Sequence record: SRR20825006_268
Reading direction: 5' to 3' (one strand)
Length of the DNA: 35,410 bases
This document shows positions 28,048 through 35,410 of the stretch, one piece after another. The position numbers were made by a program, and so were the translations under genes. Each line of letters begins with the position of its first letter. Positions within the stretch are counted from its first letter, which is position 1. The notes below the pieces were generated by a model. The model saw only the letters and a list, made by a program, of their open reading frames with translations, did not search any database and had not been told where the DNA came from.

Positions 28048-28200
28048 AGTTGAAAGTTTAAAGTTGAAAAGCGCGAGGTAGGCCATCACGGCTTTTAGGT
28101 TGTGCCCGCGTTTTCCGCTAACGATAAAACGTGAGCACGGATTCATTCATATGGCTACGATTTCATTCGCGCTTTTAAACTTTCAACTTTGAACTTTCAC
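28048..28200. repeat. Heptamer-armed dispersed element, copy 1
   Basis: GTTGAAA-GTTTAAA-GTTGAAA...TTTAAAC-TTTCAAC-TTTGAAC arms with a core shared with 30968-31060. Confidence 0.85.
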
Positions 28201-28204
28201 TAAC

Positions 28205-29233
28205 TCACAACCGCTGCTTCGTCTCATCACAAATGTCATTCAGCGCCTTGCGGGCTGCCGGAATCACCCCGCCCATGGAAATAAATCCATGCACCAGTTC
28301 CGGGTAATCCAGTGAGGTCACGGCGCTATCCGCTGCACGCAGTTTTTCGGCGTACTCCAGACCTTCATCCCGCAACGGATCCGTCGCGGTAATCACAATC
28401 GCCGGGGGCTGACCGGCCAGATCCGGGTTGCGCAGGGGGGAGACGCGGTAGTCTTCGATCAGTGCCGGGTCCTGAATAAAGTGGTCACGGAACCAGTGCA
28501 ACAAGGCCAGGTCCAGCCCGAAACCCTGTCCCAACGTCTGCACGGAAGGGTGGGCCAGCGCACCGTCCGTGGTGGGGTAGATCAACACCTGCAACGCCGG
28601 CGTTGGCAGGCCTGCCAACGCCGCCTGCTGAGAGACCACTGCGCTCATGCACCCTCCGGCACTATCACCCATCACCGCCAGACGCTGCGGGTCCAGCCCC
28701 AGCTGCGCGGTGTTGTCGAGCAACCAGCGCCAGGCCGCCAATGAATCATCCATGCCAACGGGGGCAGGGTGCTCAGGGGCCAGCCGGTAATCCACACTGA
28801 GCACCACCGCATTGGTGCGATCCGCAATATAGCGGCACAGCCGGTCGTACTCTTCCACGCCGCCCACGGTAAAACCGCCGCCATGGAAAAACAGAATCGC
28901 AGGCGCCACTCGCGGCGCATTGGCGGGACGATAACGGCGCACCAGAATCTGGCTGCCGTCGTCCACCGCGACCTGGTGATCCACCACCACGGGGAGACGA
29001 ACCGGCGCCACATCCAGCAGCGCGATCATGTCACGGTAGGTGCGCCGGGCCTGCTCAACCGTGCCTGAATCCAGAGTTGGCTTGGCGCTGCTGAGTGCCA
29101 GCAGAAAACGCAGCCGCGCATCCAGATGCGAACGACTGTGGGTTTCCAGTCCGGCAGCAAAACGCGCCAGCACCGGCCCGGGCAACGTCATCAGGGCGCG
29201 TACGGTCGCCCGCTCAAAAACAGCAGGATTCAT
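28205..29233 (-). CDS. Alpha/beta hydrolase, HSL-family (family IV) esterase/lipase
   Basis: HGGG, DYRLAPEHP, GDSAGG, DPLRDEG, HGF. Confidence 0.95.
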   Translation of the reverse strand: MNPAVFERATVRALMTLPGPVLARFAAGLETHSRSHLDARLRFLLALSSAKPTLDSGTVEQARRTYRDMIALLDVAPVRLPVVVDHQVAVDDGSQILVRRYRPANAPRVAPAILFFHGGGFTVGGVEEYDRLCRYIADRTNAVVLSVDYRLAPEHPAPVGMDDSLAAWRWLLDNTAQLGLDPQRLAVMGDSAGGCMSAVVSQQAALAGLPTPALQVLIYPTTDGALAHPSVQTLGQGFGLDLALLHWFRDHFIQDPALIEDYRVSPLRNPDLAGQPPAIVITATDPLRDEGLEYAEKLRAADSAVTSLDYPELVHGFISMGGVIPAARKALNDICDETKQRL

Positions 29234-29320
29234 GAGTTCTCCTTAAGTACCGCAACAAGCGTCACGCACCACGCTAAAATCCGTAACCGTGTTGCGTGCA
29301 GCGTGAAGCATGCCGCGTTA

Positions 29321-29914
29321 TCAAAAATACCATTCCAGACCACCCTCAATGCCGGTGACAGTCAGGTACTCTTCATCGATGTATTGCATGTATTCCAGGG
29401 TCAGCCCCAGATTGAATTCCGTGCGCAGGCCAATGCCCGCACCAAAGGCCAGGCTGGTGTCGTCATTGCGAGCCGTATCGTCCCAGCAGCCCTGCGCATT
29501 GCATTTACGCGTAACGGTTTTCACCTTCACATCCGCAATACCGGCAAAGCCCTGCACAAACAGGTTTTCCACATAGGGCAGGGCCACCGGAGACTTGAAC
29601 GGGAAGCGCCCAGTGGCCAGCAAGGCGCCCACGTGGTCTACGGTATAATCCACCTTGGTGCGGCTGTTTTCCGGCCGGTAGGTGTCCGGTGATGGCCCCG
29701 TTGCCGCGCGTAGCTCCACCCCCCAGTAGGGGTTGACCATGCCACCCAGACGCAAGCCAACCCCGGAGGGCGTTACCTCCCGGCTGTCATAATCGAGATT
29801 GAGGTGCATCAGGTTACCGGCCACATAGGCGGAACGCTGATCCTGATAGTGGGCCACCGGGTCCGCCCACAGAGCGGGACTGAACAACAACCCGAAAAGC
29901 ATCCAGTAACGCAT
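29321..29914 (-). CDS. Small outer-membrane beta-barrel (OmpA-transmembrane-like)
   Basis: Signal peptide, amphipathic strands, FGAGIG, LEYMQY, C-terminal WYF. Confidence 0.85.
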   Translation of the reverse strand: MRYWMLFGLLFSPALWADPVAHYQDQRSAYVAGNLMHLNLDYDSREVTPSGVGLRLGGMVNPYWGVELRAATGPSPDTYRPENSRTKVDYTVDHVGALLATGRFPFKSPVALPYVENLFVQGFAGIADVKVKTVTRKCNAQGCWDDTARNDDTSLAFGAGIGLRTEFNLGLTLEYMQYIDEEYLTVTGIEGGLEWYF

Positions 29915-30044
29915 TGCCTGTCGTCCTTTTTGTTATTGTTGGGATTATGCGCTTTGCTGATGCGCACCGACGGCCTGTTATACCATTGCCCGCGTGCAGA
30001 GTCTGGTCATCTGCGGCCTTTTTTCATCAAGCAAGAGGATTGTG

Positions 30045-30962
30045 ATGTCGGTCTACACCCCGCTCAGCCACGCCCAGTTGGCAGACGTGCTGACGCCGTT
30101 CGGTTTCCAGCTGCATGATTACCACGCCGCCAGCCACGGCATCGAGAACAGCACCTTCCTGATCGAGGCCCGTGATCGCCATGGCCAGCCCAGCCCGCTG
30201 GTCCTCACTGTATTCGAATCCCTGGACCCGACGACCCTGGCGCCGTATCTGACCCTGCTGGAACATCTGGCGGAACAACACCTGCCGGTCCCCGCGCCGC
30301 TGCCGGATACCGACGGCAAGGACCAGATTACCGTAGCAGGCAAACCCGCCGTGCTGATGCCCCGATTGCCCGGCCAGCACGATTTTGCCGTGGATGCAGA
30401 TCGCTGCCGTCAGGTGGGTACCCTGCTCGCCCGGCTACACGCCAGTGACACCTCTCCACTGGCCCCACTGCCCAGCGAGCGCGACCGCCTGCGTGGCTTC
30501 ACCGCTCACCTGGATAAACTGCCCGCTGCCGACCGCGACACCGCCGCCGCCCTGCTGCACGACTGGCTGGCCCAGCCCGCCGGCAGCACCCTGATCCACG
30601 GCGACCTGTTTCGCGACAATCTGTTATGGCAAGACGGGCAGATCAGCGCCCTGCTGGATTTCTACAACGCCTGCCTGGACCATCCGGAATACGACCTGGC
30701 CGTGGCGCTCAACGATTGGTGTGTGGACGGTCATGGCCAGATCGAACCCGAGCGGGAACAGGCGCTGCTGTCTGCCTACCGGGAACAGGGCCGCAGCGTG
30801 GACCACAGCCGCCTGTGCGAAGCGCTGGCCGTGGCCGCGCTGCGATTCTGGTTATCGCGCCTGGCCGGCCCGGTGTCCGACGACAGCGAAGGGCAGGGCA
30901 GCAAGGACCCGGAGGAGTTTGCGCGGATTTATCGGCAGCGGCTGAAGGCGTTAACGGTTTAA
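30045..30962 (+). CDS. thrB: Homoserine kinase type II
   Basis: MSVYT, GIENS, LTVFE, IHGDLFRDN, LDFYNAC, AALRFWLSRL, KDPEEF. Confidence 0.93.
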   Translation: MSVYTPLSHAQLADVLTPFGFQLHDYHAASHGIENSTFLIEARDRHGQPSPLVLTVFESLDPTTLAPYLTLLEHLAEQHLPVPAPLPDTDGKDQITVAGKPAVLMPRLPGQHDFAVDADRCRQVGTLLARLHASDTSPLAPLPSERDRLRGFTAHLDKLPAADRDTAAALLHDWLAQPAGSTLIHGDLFRDNLLWQDGQISALLDFYNACLDHPEYDLAVALNDWCVDGHGQIEPEREQALLSAYREQGRSVDHSRLCEALAVAALRFWLSRLAGPVSDDSEGQGSKDPEEFARIYRQRLKALTV

Positions 30963-30967
30963 GAAAC

Positions 30968-31060
30968 AGTTAAAAGTGTAAAGTTCAAAGTTGAAAGGCG
31001 CGGGCACAGCCTTCGATGCTGCAATGGCCTTCCTCGCGTTTGAACTTTCAACTTTCCACT
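30968..31060. repeat. Heptamer-armed dispersed element, copy 2
   Basis: GTTAAAA-GTGTAAA-GTTCAAA-GTTGAAA...TTTGAAC-TTTCAAC-TTTCCAC; core is the reverse-complement homolog of 28072-28110. Confidence 0.85.
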
Positions 31061-31065
31061 CCACC

Positions 31066-32169
31066 CTAACTTGCGCCAGACAGAATCAGATGATTCAGGT
31101 GCGCCAGGTATTCCTCTTCCTGCCATAACCAGGGGTAGCTGGGGCACGCCAGCGAGGTGGGCGTCAGCGCTTCCACGCCCTGGGTCAGGGCATTGACCAC
31201 CATCATTTCATGCAAGTCCGCCCATCCTGTGGGCAGCTTGCGCAAACCCTGTGGCTGGCGCACAAAGCCTTCGCTGATCACCGGTTGCAGGCGGCGCAGT
31301 CGGGTGAATGCCATACGCCGCTGCAACTGGTCTTCCAGCCGCCGCTGCCAATGCATGCCACCCGCGTCCAGCAACAGCTGCTTCATGGGATTGGCCAGCT
31401 TGCCCAGCAGGCCGGCGGCCGGCATGGCCTCACCACTGGCCAGCCGGTAGCGGGGATCATCATCCAGCCACAAACTGAAATCGAGGAAATCCAGCTCACT
31501 GGTATCCAGCTGCCGCAGCTGCTCACTGAGCGCCGCCGTGGTGCTCAGCCCCACGGGCACAGACGGAAACAGGGCGTGCAAGGCGCGGGGAATATCGCGC
31601 AGATACTCTTCCAGACGTTCACTGGACGCAGGGGACCAGTGCGACGGCAGTGACCGTTCCGGGGAGCGCCGGAACACGCGCCGGGCGACCCCGTGGGCGT
31701 GAGGCAACGACGGAAATTGGTAGCAGAAATCCAGCCCCGCCACGTCACCCAGATACCCCCACTGCTCCACCAGCGACAGGGTTTCACTCCACACCGCGAC
31801 AAAATCTTCCGGGCGACGCACAAAGGAACGGCGCGCGCGGCTGTCGTTGATAAAACGGCTGCTGAACCAGACCTTGAAGCCACGCTCATGGGCCGACTGC
31901 AGTAACTGCTGAAGCTGATGACGGATTTTCACTTCCACCGCTGGCGCGCCCTGGGGCATCAGCTCGCAACGGTCCATGTGGATACCGTTTTCCGGGGTGG
32001 CGATCAGGTGGGGGCAGGGGTCCAGGCGCAGGGTATTGAAGCCCCGCCGCTCGGTCTCATCCAGCACGCGCTCCAACGAAGCATAGGCGCCATCGCGAAT
32101 ATCGCGCTGCAGCAGCCAGGATATATCCCAGCAGGCCATCGCCAATGGTTGTGCATCGTGTTGCGCCAT
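31066..32169 (-). CDS. Cellulase-like (clan GH-A TIM-barrel) family protein
   Basis: LAMACWDISWL, LDETERRGFNTLRLDPCPHL, WSETL; no signal peptide. Confidence 0.7.
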   Translation of the reverse strand: MAQHDAQPLAMACWDISWLLQRDIRDGAYASLERVLDETERRGFNTLRLDPCPHLIATPENGIHMDRCELMPQGAPAVEVKIRHQLQQLLQSAHERGFKVWFSSRFINDSRARRSFVRRPEDFVAVWSETLSLVEQWGYLGDVAGLDFCYQFPSLPHAHGVARRVFRRSPERSLPSHWSPASSERLEEYLRDIPRALHALFPSVPVGLSTTAALSEQLRQLDTSELDFLDFSLWLDDDPRYRLASGEAMPAAGLLGKLANPMKQLLLDAGGMHWQRRLEDQLQRRMAFTRLRRLQPVISEGFVRQPQGLRKLPTGWADLHEMMVVNALTQGVEALTPTSLACPSYPWLWQEEEYLAHLNHLILSGAS

Positions 32170-32348
32170 GCAGGTCTTACCGCCTTTTTAGATCAAGCGC
32201 ATCAGCATACCCGTTTCGGAGGTTGCCTCAATGGCTCTACACCCTGTCACCCGCGTATTGACCCGCCTTGACACTCAAGGCCCCCATAAAAACGCTCAAA
32301 AGTGCGAACCGATTCCCCCTTCTCCCCGGGAGCGCTATTATCAATGCC

Positions 32349-32699
32349 ATGAAAACAATACTGACAACACTGATTCTGGCCCCGGGCCTGGCCTGGGCGG
32401 CCGAGCAACTGCCGGACACCGCGCCGCCGGACGATGCGGCCCCGCAAACCCGGGAAAAAGGCCCCGCCCACCCCATGGATGGCGAGGAGATGGATTCCCT
32501 GTACCTGCAATCACCGGTGGAGCTGGATACCAGCGACGAAAGCCGAGGGCTCAATGCCCTGAGTGCAGAAGCGCGCTATCTGGAAAACGAACAGCAGGAG
32601 ATGCGCCAGCGGCAGGCCGAAACCGTGCGCCCGGCAACAGTGCCAGACAATACCCCGCCACCCGCACCGCCCAACCTGATCCCGATACGCGACCTGTAA
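32349..32699 (+). CDS. Hypothetical exported acidic/Pro-rich protein
   Basis: Signal peptide MKTILTTLILAPGLAWA; mostly low-complexity mature region. Confidence 0.7.
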   Translation: MKTILTTLILAPGLAWAAEQLPDTAPPDDAAPQTREKGPAHPMDGEEMDSLYLQSPVELDTSDESRGLNALSAEARYLENEQQEMRQRQAETVRPATVPDNTPPPAPPNLIPIRDL

Positions 32700-32743
32700 A
32701 GTGGCCCACTGTCACCCGGCCTCGCATAAGGGCTGACTGGGAC

Positions 32744-33616
32744 TCAGCCCTGATCGGCCGCCCGCAGACACTGGGCGAAACCGGCGCTGAGCTCCGCCAA
32801 CCAGGGCAGGTATTCCTGTTGCGAGGAATCACGACCCAACGGGTCCTGGGGCTGGACATAACAGTCCGGGCACAAACGCTTGAGCAAGCCGGCCCGCGCC
32901 TCCGGTTCCTGCAGCGCGCAGCGTACCTGCTGATCACGCACCTGCCCGGCCAGGGTAACGAAACGCCGGCTGCCCGGCCCCGCATCCAGCTGTTCCGACA
33001 CCACCAACGGCTCCGCCAACCCCAGGCTCTCGCTCAGGTAGCCCCAGGGCTGGTGATAGCTAAGCCAGGGCACCCGGGCCAGCGACGCCAGCTGCGCGCG
33101 CTCCGCCTGCAACTGATTCGCGGCCGCCTGCTGCCACTGCTGCGGCTGGCCCGGCTGCAACCCCGCCGGAAAACGTTGGCCCACCGCCCCCGCCAGTAGC
33201 ACCATATTATCCACGGACAACCACAGGTGTGGGTCAGTGGTGGCGTCATGGCCGGGGTGCTCATCGTGGTCATGCCCCTCATGATGATCGTGTCCGCCAT
33301 TGCGTCGGTGTACGCCTTCCAATCCCAGCAAGGCCACCGATGGCCCTTGGCGACGAGCCACCAGTGGTGCCAGTGGCGCTTCCACTCCGGCCCCCAGCCA
33401 CACCATCAGATCGGCCTGCTGAACGGCCAGAGCCTGCCGGGGGGAGAGCGCCAGCTGATGCGGATTCTGGTTGGCCTGCAACAGGGTCGTTACCGTAACG
33501 CTATCGTCGTAAAGACTGCGCAGCACCTTGGCCAGCGGCTCCACACTGGCCACCACCGTCTGACTCATTGCCGGAGCACTGAGTACCATCAACATCACCA
33601 ACCACAAACTGCGCAT
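32744..33616 (-). CDS. znuA: Zinc ABC transporter substrate-binding protein
   Basis: Signal peptide, NPH, His-rich loop, DPHLWL, YHQ, DPLG; divergent from znuCB. Confidence 0.92.
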   Translation of the reverse strand: MRSLWLVMLMVLSAPAMSQTVVASVEPLAKVLRSLYDDSVTVTTLLQANQNPHQLALSPRQALAVQQADLMVWLGAGVEAPLAPLVARRQGPSVALLGLEGVHRRNGGHDHHEGHDHDEHPGHDATTDPHLWLSVDNMVLLAGAVGQRFPAGLQPGQPQQWQQAAANQLQAERAQLASLARVPWLSYHQPWGYLSESLGLAEPLVVSEQLDAGPGSRRFVTLAGQVRDQQVRCALQEPEARAGLLKRLCPDCYVQPQDPLGRDSSQQEYLPWLAELSAGFAQCLRAADQG

Positions 33617-33637
33617 CACTTCCTCAAATAGCACCCT

Positions 33638-33665
33638 GCAGGAGCGTCGCTGGCGGCGCCCCTAC
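33638..33665. repeat. Collapsed REP hairpin (family 2)
   Basis: GCAGGAGCGTCGC-tg-GCGGCGCCCCTAC shares AGGAGCGTCGCT and GTCGCTGGCGGCGC with 16322-16397. Confidence 0.65.
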
Positions 33666-33736
33666 AGCAAGCCTGCTTCGTGCAGGCGACAGAGCGGCAG
33701 TATATCATTGCGCCTTTGTACTTCGGGCCCTTTCTT

Positions 33737-34549
33737 ATGTCAGAACCTCTTGTCACGGTGCAGTCGGTGTCCGTCACCCTCGGCGGCAATGCGGTGCTGT
33801 CTGACGTCAGCCTGACCCTGGCGCCCGGGCGCATTACCACCCTGATCGGCCCCAACGGGGCCGGCAAGAGCACTCTGGCACGGCTGGTGCTGGGGCTGGT
33901 GCAACCGGATAACGGCAACGGCAGCGGTGGAACCGTCAGCCGCCGCAAGGGCCTGCGGGTGGGCTACATGCCCCAGCACATCAAGGTTGATGACAGCCTG
34001 CCGCTCACCGTGGATCGCTTTTTGTGGCTGGCCGCACCGGGGCCTACGGCCTCCCGGCGGGCCGCGCTGGAGCGGGCCGGGGTGGCACATCTGCGCCGGC
34101 GCGGTGTACAGCAGTTGTCCGGCGGCGAGATGCAGCGGGTATTGCTGGCCCGGGCCCTGCTGCGCAAACCGGACCTGCTGGTGCTGGACGAACCGGCCCA
34201 GGGCGTGGACGTGGCCGGGCAGAACGCCCTCTATGGCCTGCTCAAAACGGTGCGAGACGAATTGGGCTGCGCCATTCTGCTGATCTCCCACGACCTGCAT
34301 CTGGTCATGGCCGCCACCGACGAGGTGATCTGCCTGCAGCGCCATGTCTGCTGTTCCGGCAGCCCGGAGTCAGTGAGCCGGGACCCGGCCTACCACGAGC
34401 TGTTCGGCCCCGGCGCCGGCACCCCGAACCTGGCGCTGTATACCCACGATCATGATCACGACCATGACCTGCACGGCAACGCCACCCATTCTCACGAGCA
34501 CAGCCACAGCCATCACCACGACCACGACGGGCCCTGTAACCATGATTGA
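33737..34549 (+). CDS. znuC: Zinc ABC transporter ATPase
   Basis: [34 protein letters not shown], His-rich tail. Confidence 0.95.
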   Translation: MSEPLVTVQSVSVTLGGNAVLSDVSLTLAPGRITTLIGPNGAGKSTLARLVLGLVQPDNGNGSGGTVSRRKGLRVGYMPQHIKVDDSLPLTVDRFLWLAAPGPTASRRAALERAGVAHLRRRGVQQLSGGEMQRVLLARALLRKPDLLVLDEPAQGVDVAGQNALYGLLKTVRDELGCAILLISHDLHLVMAATDEVICLQRHVCCSGSPESVSRDPAYHELFGPGAGTPNLALYTHDHDHDHDLHGNATHSHEHSHSHHHDHDGPCNHD

Positions 34550-35324
34550 ACTGTTACTGCCGCCGCTGCTGGCAGGGCTCGCCGTGGCCCTGGTTTCCGG
34601 CCCCATGGGCGCCTTTGTGGTGTGGCGGCGCATGGCGTTTTTCGGCGACACCCTGGCCCACGGCGCGCTCTTGGGCGCGGCATTGGGGCTGGCCCTGGAT
34701 ATCAGCCTGTACGTGGCTGTGGTGGCGGTGTGTCTGGGGCTTGCCGCTGCACTCAGTGGCCTGCAACGGCAACGGCAACTGGCCGGTGACACCCTGCTGG
34801 GCATTGTCGCCCACACCACCCTGGCGTTGGGTGTGATTGCCATCAGCCTGCAAACCGGTATTCAGGTGGACTTGTTCGCCTATCTGTTCGGGGACCTGCT
34901 GGCCGTGGGCTGGCAGGATGTGATTGGCCTGTGGGTGGGCGCCATCGTCATCTTGCTGCTGATGCTGTGGCAATGGCGGGCATTGCTGAGTATTACCGTC
35001 AACGAAGAACTGGCCCAGGTGGAAGGCATCGCGGTGCAGCGCACCCGGTTACTGCTGATGCTGTTGCTGGCCTTGCTGATTGCCGGCGCCATTCGCACCG
35101 TGGGCGTGCTGCTGATTACCTCGCTGCTGGTGATTCCCGCTGCCAGCGCTCGCCGCCTGACTCACACCCCGGCGCAGATGGCCGCCGTGGCCAGCGTGCT
35201 GGGCACCGCATCAGTGCTGGCCGGGCTGGCGGTGAGCTGGTTCGCCAATACCCCGGTGGGGCCGTCTATCGTGGTGGCCGCCAGCAGTTTGTTTGTGCTG
35301 ACGTTGCTGCGCAAACCCGCCTGA
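34542..35324 (+). CDS. znuB: Zinc ABC transporter permease
   Basis: [37 protein letters not shown]. Confidence 0.95.
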   Translation: MIELLLPPLLAGLAVALVSGPMGAFVVWRRMAFFGDTLAHGALLGAALGLALDISLYVAVVAVCLGLAAALSGLQRQRQLAGDTLLGIVAHTTLALGVIAISLQTGIQVDLFAYLFGDLLAVGWQDVIGLWVGAIVILLLMLWQWRALLSITVNEELAQVEGIAVQRTRLLLMLLLALLIAGAIRTVGVLLITSLLVIPAASARRLTHTPAQMAAVASVLGTASVLAGLAVSWFANTPVGPSIVVAASSLFVLTLLRKPA

Positions 35325-35355
35325 CGGTTTCTCTCTGGACCTGTCGCGACCTGAC

Positions 35356-35410
35356 ATGCCTGATCGCCCTTCGGTCGATGCCGTGCTGCGCACGGTTCGC
35401 CCCCTGGAAG
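35356..35410 (+). CDS. Possible start of a downstream gene (3'-truncated)
   Basis: ATG followed by an open frame MPDRPSVDAVLRTVRPLE to the window edge; no clear RBS. Confidence 0.3.
   Translation, partial: MPDRPSVDAVLRTVRPLE

Noticed and set aside
28048-31060. CRISPR interpretation of the GTTGAAA/TTTCAAC repeats
   Set aside because: The heptamers are contiguous and inverted, with no repeat-spacer periodicity and no cas genes
32257-32290. Sigma-32 promoter (CTTGAC...CCCCAT)
   Set aside because: Spacer is too short from one TTGAC and too long from the other
34444-34527. CACGAC/CATGAT tandem repeats
   Set aside because: They encode the usual His-rich ZnuC tail

Overview
GC-rich gammaproteobacterial chromosomal window. 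The gene content (thrB near znuACB, stand-alone ectD, mmsR-mmsA-acd-mmsB, a GlyGly-CTERM protein) suggests a marine Alcanivorax/Oceanospirillales-like organism, which is an inference. It holds about 37 CDS and no rRNA, tRNA, CRISPR array or transposase. Main points of interest: (1) an AT-rich islet at ~9.6-12.2 kb, bracketed by two inward-facing REP-like palindromes, holds an attI-like site with repeated arms and one complete integron gene cassette (GTTAGGC...ORF...GCCTAAC-attC), but no integrase; (2) a porin (DcaP-like), an exported glutaminase and a DUF481 barrel form a likely operon, with a perfect 21-bp hairpin inside the third gene; (3) a dispersed non-coding element with heptamer-repeat arms and a conserved ~40-nt core occurs twice between convergent genes; (4) ectD has a long structured leader; (5) a DUF2868 membrane protein is coupled to a DUF3482 GTPase; (6) several enzymes have altered catalytic motifs. 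All calls are from reading motifs by eye; no database searches were run.
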